From: Corallococcus soli
GTDB lineage: Bacteria > Myxococcota > Myxococcia > Myxococcales > Myxococcaceae
Length of the DNA stretch: 32,366 nt
Reading direction: 5' to 3'
Assembly (NCBI RefSeq): GCF_014930455.1
Contig: NZ_JAAIYO010000008.1
Coordinates: forward strand, 1-32,366
Below, in pieces: positions 16,072 through 24,636 of the stretch. The first letter of the stretch is position 1, and every line of letters starts with the position of its first letter. Position numbers and translations under genes: made by a program. A model generated the notes under the pieces. It worked only from the letters and a program-made list of their open reading frames with translations, searched no databases and was not told the origin of the DNA.

Positions 16072-16830
16072 ATGTTCCGCATCCCTTCCGCCTGTTGCCT
16101 CGCGTTCGTGCTCGCCTCCGCGGGCTGTGCGCACGTCCCCACGCAGAAGGAGATCGAGAGTTCGGAGATCCACTACGACCTGGGCGTGCAGGCCCAGCAG
16201 CACGGCCACGTGCAGGACGCGCTCGCGGAGTACCAGAAGGCCCTGAAGCAGAATCCGGGCAACCCGGAGGCCCACAACGCGATGGGCATCCTGCTGCACC
16301 TGTCCTTCCGGCGGCTTGACGAGGCCGCGGCCCACTATGAGAAGGCCCTGGAGCTGCGGCCGACGTTCGCCGACGTGCGCAACAACCTGGGCAACCTGCG
16401 CCTGGACCAGGGACGCTACGACGAGGCCATCCAGCTGTACGAGGCGGCGCTCAACGACATGCAGTACCGCTTCGGCTTCTCCGCGCAGGGGAACATGGGG
16501 TGGGCGCTCTACAAGAAGGGCGACGTCGCGAACGCGCTGCAGAACATCAAGGCGGCGGTGACGACCAACCCGGAGTTCTGCATGGGCTTCCGGAACCTGG
16601 GCATCATCTACGACGAGACGGGCAAGACGCAGGAGGCCTGCCAGCAGTTCGCCCACTACCGCGAGAAGTGCCCGGACGTGGCGGAGGCCTACCGCCGCGA
16701 GGGCGTGTGCCAGGCGAAGCTCGGGAACGTGGAGGCGGCGAAGGCTGCCTTCGCGGGCTGCGAGGCCAAGGCGCAGCCCACCGAGCAGGTGCTCAAGGAC
16801 GACTGCCGCTCACTGCTGGAACACCTCTAG
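16072..16830 (+). CDS. tgl: TPR-repeat outer-membrane lipoprotein, Tgl-like (type IV pilus secretin assembly/stimulation lipoprotein)
   Basis: 252 aa (about 27 kDa). Type II signal with lipobox LASAGC, followed by about six degenerate TPR repeats (AEYQKALKQNPGNPEAHNAMG..., AHYEKALELRPTFADVRNNLG..., ALQNIKAAVTTNPEFCMGFRNLG...). Size, lipobox and TPR count match my recollection of M. xanthus Tgl. The tgl symbol rests on recollection and is unverified. Confidence 0.55.
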   Translation: MFRIPSACCLAFVLASAGCAHVPTQKEIESSEIHYDLGVQAQQHGHVQDALAEYQKALKQNPGNPEAHNAMGILLHLSFRRLDEAAAHYEKALELRPTFADVRNNLGNLRLDQGRYDEAIQLYEAALNDMQYRFGFSAQGNMGWALYKKGDVANALQNIKAAVTTNPEFCMGFRNLGIIYDETGKTQEACQQFAHYREKCPDVAEAYRREGVCQAKLGNVEAAKAAFAGCEAKAQPTEQVLKDDCRSLLEHL

Positions 16831-16848
16831 CCTGGGGCCCGGGGGACC

Positions 16849-17235
16849 GTGGATCACGTCGACTTCGGCAAATACCTCAGTCAGCAACGCGAGCTGCGCG
16901 GGCTGTCACGCGAGGACGTCTCTCGGGAGACGAAGATCCCCCCCAGCCTCGTCGCGGCGCTGGAGGCGGGGCAGGTGGAGCGGCTGCCCGAGCGCATCTT
17001 CGTGCTGAACTACATCCGCGCGTACGCCCAGGTCATCGGGCTGTCGCCGGAGGAAGCGGCGCTGCGCTACGAGGAGGTGGACCGGGCGGTGCCCGCGCCC
17101 TCGCCGGTGCAGCTTGAGAAGGAGCGGCGCAAGCGGGCGTACGTCATCCTGGCTGCGGTGCTGGCGGCGCTGCTCCTGGGCGCGGCCCTGTTCCTGGTGC
17201 TGACCGGGAAGCTTCCTTCGCCCCTGGCGCGTTGA
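16849..17235 (+). CDS. Short RodZ-like protein (XRE-type HTH plus C-terminal TM helix)
   Basis: GTG start. N-terminal HTH YLSQQRELRGLSREDVSRETKIPPSLVAALEAG, then ERIFVLNYIRAYAQVIGL, a RodZ-like signature. C-terminal TM helix AYVILAAVLAALLLGAALFLVL. Confidence 0.55.
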   Translation: MDHVDFGKYLSQQRELRGLSREDVSRETKIPPSLVAALEAGQVERLPERIFVLNYIRAYAQVIGLSPEEAALRYEEVDRAVPAPSPVQLEKERRKRAYVILAAVLAALLLGAALFLVLTGKLPSPLAR

Positions 17236-17244
17236 AGGGGGATC

Positions 17245-17979
17245 ATGGAGCGGTACGCCGACGACGCGTTCGTGCTGTCCACGGTCGACTATGGTGAGTC
17301 CGACCGGATGGTGACGCTGCTGACGCGCGAGCACGGCAAGCTGACCGCGTTCGCCGCGGGGGCGCGCAAGAGCAAGCGACGGTTCGCCGGAGCGCTGGAG
17401 CCGTTCATGCGGCTGCGCGTCCAGCTGGTGGAGACGCGGGGCAGCACGGTGCGGCTGGACTCCGCGGACATCGTCTCGGGGTTCTATGCGGCGCGCGAGG
17501 ACCTGTCGCTCATCGCCCGGGCGCTGTACGCGGTGGAGCTGTGCCGCGAGCTCACCCGCGACCATGAACCCCAGCCGGAGCTGTTCCTCCTGATGGAGGG
17601 CTACCTCCACCGCCTGGACGCGAAGGAGGCGGGCCCCACGTCGCTCCTGGCCTTCGAGCTGGCGGCGCTGGCGCAGGCCGGGCTGATGCCCCGCTTTGAT
17701 TCCTGTGCGCTGTGCGGTGGCGCGCCCGGGGAGCGGCCCCGGTTCGACCAGGGGCACGGCGGCGCGGTGTGCGAGCCTTGCGGCGGACGGGCGCGCGACT
17801 CGGTCGCGGTGCCGGTGGCGCTGCTGTCCGGGCTGCGCTCGCTGCAGGAGGGCGGACGCACGCCCCTGCCTCCCGACCTCCGGGCGCGGGCGCGCGGGCT
17901 GCTCAACGTCTTCATCTCGCACCACCTGGGCCGGCGGCTCAAGAGCGTGGACTTCATGGCCCAGGTGGGCCTGGACTGA
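17245..17979 (+). CDS. recO: DNA repair protein RecO
   Basis: N-terminal OB-fold region (AFVLSTVDYGESDRMVTLLTREHGKL), RecO-like helical body, and C-terminal zinc motif CALCGG...CEPCGG. 244 aa. Confidence 0.85.
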   Translation: MERYADDAFVLSTVDYGESDRMVTLLTREHGKLTAFAAGARKSKRRFAGALEPFMRLRVQLVETRGSTVRLDSADIVSGFYAAREDLSLIARALYAVELCRELTRDHEPQPELFLLMEGYLHRLDAKEAGPTSLLAFELAALAQAGLMPRFDSCALCGGAPGERPRFDQGHGGAVCEPCGGRARDSVAVPVALLSGLRSLQEGGRTPLPPDLRARARGLLNVFISHHLGRRLKSVDFMAQVGLD

Positions 17980-18014
17980 AGCGCGAGCTCGCGCGTCCGC
18001 GGGCAGGGAGCGTC

Positions 18015-19025
18015 ATGCACGAGGCCGGGCCGCTGGACGTGGTGTGTGTCGGCGAGACGCTGGTGGACTTCCTCCCCGCGGCCGGTGGCGCTTCGCGCGT
18101 GCGGGACGTGGACGCGTGGCGGCCTTCGACGGGCGGCTCGCCGGCGAACGTCTCCGTGGGGCTTGCGCGGCTGGGCCTGCGCTCGGCGATGGTGGGCGTG
18201 GTGGGCTCGGACGAGTTCGGCCACTTCCTGCGCGACCGGCTGGCGGGGGAGGGCGTGGACGTCAGCCGCCTGCGCCAGGTGGACCATGCGCGCACGGGCC
18301 TGCTCTTCGTCTCGTTGGATGCGCGGGGCGAGCGCAGCTTCACGTTCTTCCGGACGCGCTCGGCGGAGTTCCTGCTGGATGACTCGGACGTGGACGGGGA
18401 CTTCGTGCGGCGCGCGAAGGTGCTGCACTCGGGCTCCAACTCCCTGGTGTTGCCGCCAGCGCGCGAGGCCGTGGTGCGCATGCTCTCGCTGGCGCGCGAC
18501 GCCGGGATGATCGTGAGCTGCGACCCGAACCTGCGGCTCCACGTCTGGCCGGAGCCTGACGAGCTGCGGGTCCTCCTGGGGCGCATGTTGCCCCTATGCA
18601 CGGTGGTGAAGCTGTCGGAGGAGGAGGTCCTCTTCGCGACGGGCGCGCGGACGCCCGAGGAGGCCCTGCGGCATCTGGCGGGCCTGGGCGTGCTGCTGCC
18701 GGTGGTGACGCTGGGCGAGCAGGGCGCGGTGTTCCTCTGGCGGGGCGAAGTGCTCCATGTCCCCGCGCCCCGGGTGACGGTGGTGGACACGACGGGCGCG
18801 GGGGATGGCTTCGTGTCGGCGCTGCTGCACGGACTGGTGCGCTGGTACGGCGATGCGGGCTCGCTCGCGGACGCGACGCGCGAGGAGCTGGTCGCGCTGA
18901 TGACGTTCGCGGCCGACGTGGGAGCCCGCGTCGTGACGAAGCTGGGCGCGGTGGCGGCGCTGCCCCTGGCCTCCGAAGTGGAGGGGCTGCTGCCCAGGCG
19001 CCCCCCGCGGCAGGACTCCGTCTAG
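18015..19025 (+). CDS. PfkB-family carbohydrate kinase (fructokinase / ribokinase-like)
   Basis: N-terminal VVCVGETLVDF, GG motif (GGSPANVSVGLARLG), and the ribokinase-family signature DTTGAGDGF near the C-terminus. ATG 18015 chosen within track ORF 17712..19025. Confidence 0.8.
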   Translation: MHEAGPLDVVCVGETLVDFLPAAGGASRVRDVDAWRPSTGGSPANVSVGLARLGLRSAMVGVVGSDEFGHFLRDRLAGEGVDVSRLRQVDHARTGLLFVSLDARGERSFTFFRTRSAEFLLDDSDVDGDFVRRAKVLHSGSNSLVLPPAREAVVRMLSLARDAGMIVSCDPNLRLHVWPEPDELRVLLGRMLPLCTVVKLSEEEVLFATGARTPEEALRHLAGLGVLLPVVTLGEQGAVFLWRGEVLHVPAPRVTVVDTTGAGDGFVSALLHGLVRWYGDAGSLADATREELVALMTFAADVGARVVTKLGAVAALPLASEVEGLLPRRPPRQDSV

Positions 19026-19112
19026 GCGTGTCGAGCGTTGAACCCGGGCGCCGTGCCGGGTCAGGCTCCCGTGCTTCACTGCGTCCAGCGCCATCCCACC
19101 TGGGAGGGACCG

Positions 19113-20405
19113 ATGAGCGACCCGAAGCCTGAAGCGACGTCCCCCACCGCCTCGCGGGTCCGGGGCCTGGAGCAGATCGATCGGCTGTCCGTGCCCCTGC
19201 CGCACGGCACCGAGGTGACGACGCGCGTGGAGCGCGTGGCCTCCGCCGGGCGCCGCATCCCGCAGGGCGTGGTGGGCCGTGTCGTGCGCGCCCATGACGG
19301 TGGCTTCGACGTGCAGATCGTCGGCGTGGGCGAGGTGTGGTTCGCGCGCGACGAGCTGGTGCCCCGGCGCGTGGGACAGGTCCAGTTCGCGCAGCGGCGC
19401 GAGGCGGCCTGGGGCGCGCTGCGACCGTGCGTGGTGCTGGAGACGCGCGTGGGCAGCCATGCGTGGGGACTCGCGGACGAGCGCTCCGATGTGGACGTGC
19501 GCGGCGTGTTCGCGCTGCCCCTGTCGTGGACCTGGGGCCTGGGGCAGGCGCCACAGGACCTGGTGAGCGCGGACGGCAGCACCACCTACTGGGAGGTCCG
19601 CAAGACGGTGGAGCAGGCCCTGCGCGCGGATCCGAACACGCTCGAAACGCTGTTCGTCCCCGGCGCGAAGGCCTTGGACGTCCTGGGCGAATGGATGCTG
19701 GAGGAGCGCGAGGCGTTCGTCTCCAAGGCCATCTTCGGCAGCTTCGGCCGCTATGCGATGAGTCAGCTCGACAAGCTCACCCGCAGCCAGCGGCTGGCCG
19801 AGCACCGCGACCTGCTCCTCGCGTGGCTGTGCGAGGAGCCCACGCCGGACCTGGACGAGGTGGCGCGGAGGCTGGCCGCCGTGTCTCCCCGGAGCGCGCC
19901 CACGCCCGAGGATGGGGTGCTGGCGGCGAAGACGTACGTCAAGCAGCTCTACCGCTCGCTCTGGGACCAGGGCCTGCTCGCGGCCAACGACTTCGCGGCG
20001 CTGACGGCGTACGCGCGCGGTGGCGGTCAGCGGCCTCCGTCCGCTCGGGAGCTGCGACCGAAGAACGCCTACAACCTGCTGCGGCTGGTGGCGCTGGCGA
20101 CAGGCTGGCTGCGCGACGGGGTCCCCACCTTCGAGGCCACGGGGGCATTGAAGCCGAGGCTGCTCGACATCAAGGGCGGGCAGGTGGCGCTGGAGGACGT
20201 CCTGCGCGACGCGGAGGCGATGGCGCCCGCGCTGGAGGCCGCGCACCGCGAGAGCCGGCTGCCGGAGCATCCGGACTACGCGCGCGCGGACCGGCTGCTG
20301 CGGCGGGTGGGGGACGAGGTGGCGCGGCGCTGGGTGCTGAAGACGCCCGGGCCCCTGGGACGTGACGCACCGGAGGCACCGGCGCTGGAAGGAGGGACGG
20401 AATGA
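19113..20405 (+). CDS. Pol-beta-superfamily nucleotidyltransferase with N-terminal extra domain and C-terminal helical region (function unknown)
   Basis: hG[GS]x9DhD motif ETRVGSHAWGLADERSDVDVRGVF. About 100-aa N-terminal beta-rich domain and about 230-aa C-terminal helical region containing R-x6-H (RSQRLAEH). ATG 19113 has a strong RBS (GGGAGGG); the alternative TTG 19038 lacks one. The stop overlaps the next gene start (ATGA). Confidence 0.7.
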   Translation: MSDPKPEATSPTASRVRGLEQIDRLSVPLPHGTEVTTRVERVASAGRRIPQGVVGRVVRAHDGGFDVQIVGVGEVWFARDELVPRRVGQVQFAQRREAAWGALRPCVVLETRVGSHAWGLADERSDVDVRGVFALPLSWTWGLGQAPQDLVSADGSTTYWEVRKTVEQALRADPNTLETLFVPGAKALDVLGEWMLEEREAFVSKAIFGSFGRYAMSQLDKLTRSQRLAEHRDLLLAWLCEEPTPDLDEVARRLAAVSPRSAPTPEDGVLAAKTYVKQLYRSLWDQGLLAANDFAALTAYARGGGQRPPSARELRPKNAYNLLRLVALATGWLRDGVPTFEATGALKPRLLDIKGGQVALEDVLRDAEAMAPALEAAHRESRLPEHPDYARADRLLRRVGDEVARRWVLKTPGPLGRDAPEAPALEGGTE

Positions 20406-21190
20406 AGGGCACGATGACCGAGCACCAGCAGCGGATGGCGGACCGGGTGCTGGACGAGGAGTCACGCAAGCGCGCTCACCTGGTGGTGGCGCTCTCCGGC
20501 GCGCATGCGTACGGCTTCCCTTCGCCGGACAGCGACCTGGACCTCAAGTCCATCCACATCGCGCCCACCGGCGCGCTCCTGGCCCTCCAGCCCCGGCATG
20601 TGAACGCCGAGCGGCTGGAGGTGCTGGAAGGGGTGGAGGTGGACTACTCGTCCAACGAGCTGCAGCCCGTGCTGCTCGGCATCCTCCAGGGCAACGGCAA
20701 CTACATTGAGCGGGTGCTGGGGGCCATTCCCCTGCGGACCCTCCCGGAGCTGGAGACGCTGCGCCCCCACGTGCGGGCCGTGCTGTCGCGCCGCATCCAC
20801 CGGCACTACCGGGGCTTCGCGTCCGGCCAGCTCCGCGAGTGGGAGAAGGGTGGCTTCCGCTCCGCGAAGAAGCTGCTGTACGTGCTGCGCACCACGCTCA
20901 CCGGGACGCATGCGCTGCGCACGGGTGAAGTGGAGACGGACGTCACCGTCCTCCTGGAGCCGTATGGATTCGGCGACGCGCACGCGCTGGTGGAGCAGAA
21001 GCTCCGGGGGGAGCGCAGCGAGCTGCCCGAGGCGCTCAGCGAGAAGTGGCAGGCGGAGGTGACGCGTGCCTTCGGGGTGCTCGACGCGGCGGATGCGGAC
21101 TCCCACCTGCCCCTGGAGCCGCCTGCCCCCGCCGTGGCCGCCCTCGAAGGGTGGCTGCTCGACGTGCGGCGGCAGCGGTTCGGCGCCTAA
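20402..21190 (+). CDS. Pol-beta-superfamily nucleotidyltransferase with C-terminal helical, HEPN-like(?) domain (function unknown)
   Basis: Motif LSGAHAYGFPSPDSDLDLKSIH (GS...DxD) near the N-terminus. C-terminal helical region with R-x6-H (RTTLTGTH). The ATG overlaps the upstream stop by 4 nt (ATGA), indicating translational coupling. 262 aa. Confidence 0.7.
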   Translation: MKGTMTEHQQRMADRVLDEESRKRAHLVVALSGAHAYGFPSPDSDLDLKSIHIAPTGALLALQPRHVNAERLEVLEGVEVDYSSNELQPVLLGILQGNGNYIERVLGAIPLRTLPELETLRPHVRAVLSRRIHRHYRGFASGQLREWEKGGFRSAKKLLYVLRTTLTGTHALRTGEVETDVTVLLEPYGFGDAHALVEQKLRGERSELPEALSEKWQAEVTRAFGVLDAADADSHLPLEPPAPAVAALEGWLLDVRRQRFGA

Positions 21191-21294
21191 GCCGCTTTCC
21201 CGGCGTTCTGGGGGCACCCTTTCGGGGCGGGCGTGGCCATCCCTGAAGAGGATCATCGACCTGGGGAAGTCCGACAGGTAACATCCCCGGCGCC

Positions 21295-23559
21295 ATGAGC
21301 ATGCAGGGTGGCGCCGGAGAAGATCCCGACCGGGGGCGGCGCATCGGAAAATACGAGATCCTCACCCGACTCTCGATGGGAGGGATGGCGGAGCTGTTCC
21401 TCGCGTTCACCTCCGGCCCCGGTGGCTTCCGCAAGTTCGTCGCGGTGAAGCAGATCCTCCCCGACATCAAGAAGGACGATCAGTTCGTCAAGATGTTCCT
21501 CGACGAGGCGCGCATCACGGCCGCCTTCTCGCACGCGAACATCGGGCAGGTCTTCGACCTGGGCGAAGAGGACGGCGAGCTGTACCTCGCCATGGAGTTC
21601 CTGCCCGGCCAGAACCTGGAGCAGGTGGTGAAGATGGCGGCCAAGCGCGACTACGCGCTGCCGCTGGGCTTCAGTGCCCGCGTGGTGCGCGACACCTGCC
21701 TGGGCCTGCACTACGCCCACCACTTCATGGATCCGTCCGGCCGTCCGGTGGCGGTGGTGCACCGGGACGTGTCTCCGAAGAACGTGATGATCACCTACGA
21801 CGGCGTCGTGAAGGTGATCGACTTCGGCATCGCCAAGGCGCGCGGCAAGCTGGGCCGCACGCAGGTGGGCACCGTGAAGGGGACCAGCGGCTACATGTCC
21901 CCGGAGCAGGTTCGCGACAAGGGGCTGGACGGCCGCAGCGACCAGTTCTCCACGGGCGTGATGCTGCACGAACTGCTCGTGGGCCAGCGCCTGTTCAACG
22001 CGCCGGGCGAGGCCGCCGTGATGATGCAGATCGTGGATGGGGAGATCCCCGTGCCGCGCTCGCTCAACGCGGCGATCCCCGAGGCCCTGGAAGCCGTGGT
22101 GCTCAAGTCCCTGTCACGGGATGCCGCGCAGCGCTTCGGGACCTGCCGGGAGATGGCGCGCGCCATCGAAGCCTCGCTGGGCACCGAGCTGTACGACGAA
22201 GACCAGATGACCGCCGTCATGGGCGAGCTCTTCGAGGAGAAGCGCCAGAAGACGCGCACCCTCCTGGAGCTGGCCAGCCGCGCCGAGGACGCCCGCGTCA
22301 GCGAGGCCGCCGGAGCGCTGCAGTCCGAAGAGGGCAGCGACACGGCCGCCGCCGCGGCCACCGCGCAGGTGAAGTCGCCGCGCGCGGAGGCTTCCTCCCA
22401 GGAGCTGGCGCCTTCGTTCCGCCCCACGCCCGTGCGGCGCACGAGCGCTGAGCCGACGACCCCGCCCCGCGCGGGCGCGACCCCGCGTCCTTCCGCCGAA
22501 GCCGCGGAGGCCCGGCCCCCGCGCAGCGACACGCCGCCGATGACGCCGCGCGCGCAGCGCCCCGCGGACGCGGCCGCCGTCGCCCGCCCGGTCCGCCCTC
22601 CCACCGACGCCGCGCGCGCGAACCGTCCCCGGCCCGTTGCCCGCCCGGAGGCCGCCGAGGCCCGGGCCGCGCCCTCCGACGATGCGTTGCTGGATCCACC
22701 CAGCGATCTCCAGACGCAGCGCTTCCGTGCCCGGCCGGCGCGCTCCGGAGCCGGCCCTGGACGCTCCTCGCGCTCTGGAGAGGACGCGTCGGAGTCCGCC
22801 CCGGCGCGGGAGGGTTCCGGCTGGCTGGGCAAGGTGGTGCTGCTGCTCATCCTGGGCGGCGTGGGCTACCTGGCGACGCTCGAGCCGGTGCGCCGCCTGT
22901 TCATGCCGGCGTTCGAGTCCGCGAAGCTGTGGGTGAAGGCGGAGCTGGATCCGCCGCCGCCCGCGGACCCCGCGAAGGACGGCACGTGGCCGCCGAAGCC
23001 CTCCGGTCCGCCGCCGGGCTTCGTGCAGAAGACCGAACCGGAGAAGGCCCCGGAACCGGCCCCCACGCCCGAGCCGGTCGTCGCGGAGGCCCCGCCTGCC
23101 GAGGAGTCGAAGAAGCCTGTCGGCAAGGGCGCCCGCAAGCCGAAGGGGAGCCCCGCGGCCGAAACGCCCACGACCGTCGCGGCGAAGACGCCGGCCGCGC
23201 CCGTGAAGCCCAAGGCGGAACCCTCGGAGCGCCCCCCGGAGCCCGTCACCACCGTGACGCAGGAGCCGGAGGTCGCGGAGGTGCTGGACACGTCCACCGC
23301 CAAGGGCGCCGCGAAGGCGGGCCTGGGCTGGTTGACGCTCTACACGGTGCCCAGGAACGCGGCCGTGTTCGACGGCTCGACCCAACTGGGCACGTCGCCG
23401 TTGATCAAGGTCGCCACCCCCGTGGGCACCTACCGTCTGCGCGTGGTGGATCCGCAGGACCCGGGAGGGACGAGCAAGCTGTTGTCCGTTCCCATCCGTC
23501 CCGGCGAGGTCACCAAGCTGCAGATTCGACTGGCCGACCTCCCGCCCTACACGGAGTGA
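21295..23559 (+). CDS. Membrane Ser/Thr protein kinase with Pro/Ala-rich linker, one TM helix and C-terminal PEGA domain
   Basis: Hanks kinase motifs are present: VAVKQ, HRDVSPKN catalytic loop, DFGIAK, GTSGYMSPE. Then a long low-complexity Pro/Ala/Arg-rich region, TM helix GWLGKVVLLLILGGVGYLATL, and a PEGA-like domain (LTLYTVPRNAAVFDGSTQLGTSPLIKVATPVGTYRLRV). 754 aa. Confidence 0.85.
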   Translation: MSMQGGAGEDPDRGRRIGKYEILTRLSMGGMAELFLAFTSGPGGFRKFVAVKQILPDIKKDDQFVKMFLDEARITAAFSHANIGQVFDLGEEDGELYLAMEFLPGQNLEQVVKMAAKRDYALPLGFSARVVRDTCLGLHYAHHFMDPSGRPVAVVHRDVSPKNVMITYDGVVKVIDFGIAKARGKLGRTQVGTVKGTSGYMSPEQVRDKGLDGRSDQFSTGVMLHELLVGQRLFNAPGEAAVMMQIVDGEIPVPRSLNAAIPEALEAVVLKSLSRDAAQRFGTCREMARAIEASLGTELYDEDQMTAVMGELFEEKRQKTRTLLELASRAEDARVSEAAGALQSEEGSDTAAAAATAQVKSPRAEASSQELAPSFRPTPVRRTSAEPTTPPRAGATPRPSAEAAEARPPRSDTPPMTPRAQRPADAAAVARPVRPPTDAARANRPRPVARPEAAEARAAPSDDALLDPPSDLQTQRFRARPARSGAGPGRSSRSGEDASESAPAREGSGWLGKVVLLLILGGVGYLATLEPVRRLFMPAFESAKLWVKAELDPPPPADPAKDGTWPPKPSGPPPGFVQKTEPEKAPEPAPTPEPVVAEAPPAEESKKPVGKGARKPKGSPAAETPTTVAAKTPAAPVKPKAEPSERPPEPVTTVTQEPEVAEVLDTSTAKGAAKAGLGWLTLYTVPRNAAVFDGSTQLGTSPLIKVATPVGTYRLRVVDPQDPGGTSKLLSVPIRPGEVTKLQIRLADLPPYTE

Positions 23560-23568
23560 CGGCCGTCC

Positions 23569-23597
23569 TTGACGCTCCTGGACCCCCTCACTAGGGT
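23569..23597 (+). promoter_or_regulatory. Possible glyQS promoter overlapping a small hairpin
   Basis: -35 TTGACG (23569-23574), 17-nt spacer, -10 TAGGGT (23592-23597). Hairpin GGACCC / GGGTCC (23580-23599). Confidence 0.2.
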
Positions 23598-23643
23598 CCG
23601 CCGCGTTCCGCCTTCGACGCACTGCGAGAAGGACTCGCCAGCC

Positions 23644-24636
23644 ATGTACTTCCAGGACCTCATCCTCACGCTCCAGAAGCACTGGGCCGACCAGGGATGC
23701 ATCGTCACCCAGTCGTACGACCTCGAGGTCGGCGCGGGCACGATGGCCCCCTACACGTTCCTCCACGCGCTCGGGCCCGAGCCGTGGAACGTCGCCTACG
23801 TGCAGCCCACGCGGCGCCCGGCCGACGGCCGCTTCGGTGAGAACCCGAACCGCCTGTTCCAGCACCACCAGTTCCAGGTCATCCTCAAACCCGCGCCCAA
23901 GAACGTCCAGGAGCTGTACCTGGAGTCCCTGCGGAAGATCGGCATGGATCCGCTGGAGCACGACATCCGCTTCGTGGAGGACGACTGGGAGTCGCCCACG
24001 CTGGGCGCCTGGGGCCTGGGCTGGGAGGTGTGGTGTGACGGCATGGAGGTCACCCAGTTCACCTACTTCCAGCAGTGCGGCGGCTTCGACTGCCGCCCCG
24101 TGGCCGCGGAGCTGACGTATGGGCTGGAGCGCCTGGCCATGTACCTGCAGAACGTGGAGAACGTCTTCGACATCGAGTGGGTCAAGGGCGTGAAGTACCG
24201 CGAGGTGTTCCACGCGAACGAAGTGGAGATGAGCAAGTACGCCCTCCACGAGTCGGATCCGCAGATGCTCTTCTCGCTGTTCGACGCGTACGAGAAGGAG
24301 TGCAAGCGCCTCATCGAGCGCCACCTGCCGCTGCCCGCGTACGACTACGCGCTCAAGTGCAGCCACGCGTTCAACCTGCTGGACGCCCGGGGCGCCATCT
24401 CCGTCACGGAGCGCGCCAACTTCATCAAGCGCGTGCGCGACAACGCCCGCCTGTGCGCGGAGGGCTACCTGCAGATGCGCGAGCGGCTGGGCTTCCCGCT
24501 GACGAAGACGCCGTGGACCGTGGGCGAGCAGCCGCCGGTGCTGGAGGGCAAGCCCGCCAGCGACTACTGGAAGACGGTGACGCTCAACAAGCCCGTGGAG
24601 AAGAAGGAGAAGTCGGAGGTGTCCCGTGGCGCGTGA
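23644..24636 (+). CDS. glyQ: Glycine--tRNA ligase alpha subunit
   Basis: [40 protein letters not shown]... is highly conserved GlyQ sequence. It carries an about 40-aa C-terminal extension relative to the E. coli protein. Stop overlaps the glyS start. Confidence 0.9.
   Translation: MYFQDLILTLQKHWADQGCIVTQSYDLEVGAGTMAPYTFLHALGPEPWNVAYVQPTRRPADGRFGENPNRLFQHHQFQVILKPAPKNVQELYLESLRKIGMDPLEHDIRFVEDDWESPTLGAWGLGWEVWCDGMEVTQFTYFQQCGGFDCRPVAAELTYGLERLAMYLQNVENVFDIEWVKGVKYREVFHANEVEMSKYALHESDPQMLFSLFDAYEKECKRLIERHLPLPAYDYALKCSHAFNLLDARGAISVTERANFIKRVRDNARLCAEGYLQMRERLGFPLTKTPWTVGEQPPVLEGKPASDYWKTVTLNKPVEKKEKSEVSRGA

Noticed and set aside
19038-19112. TTG 19038 as start of the first nucleotidyltransferase
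   Set aside because: No RBS upstream of 19038, whereas ATG 19113 is preceded by GGGAGGG at ideal spacing. The 25 extra residues are Pro/Gly-rich and look like non-coding read-through.
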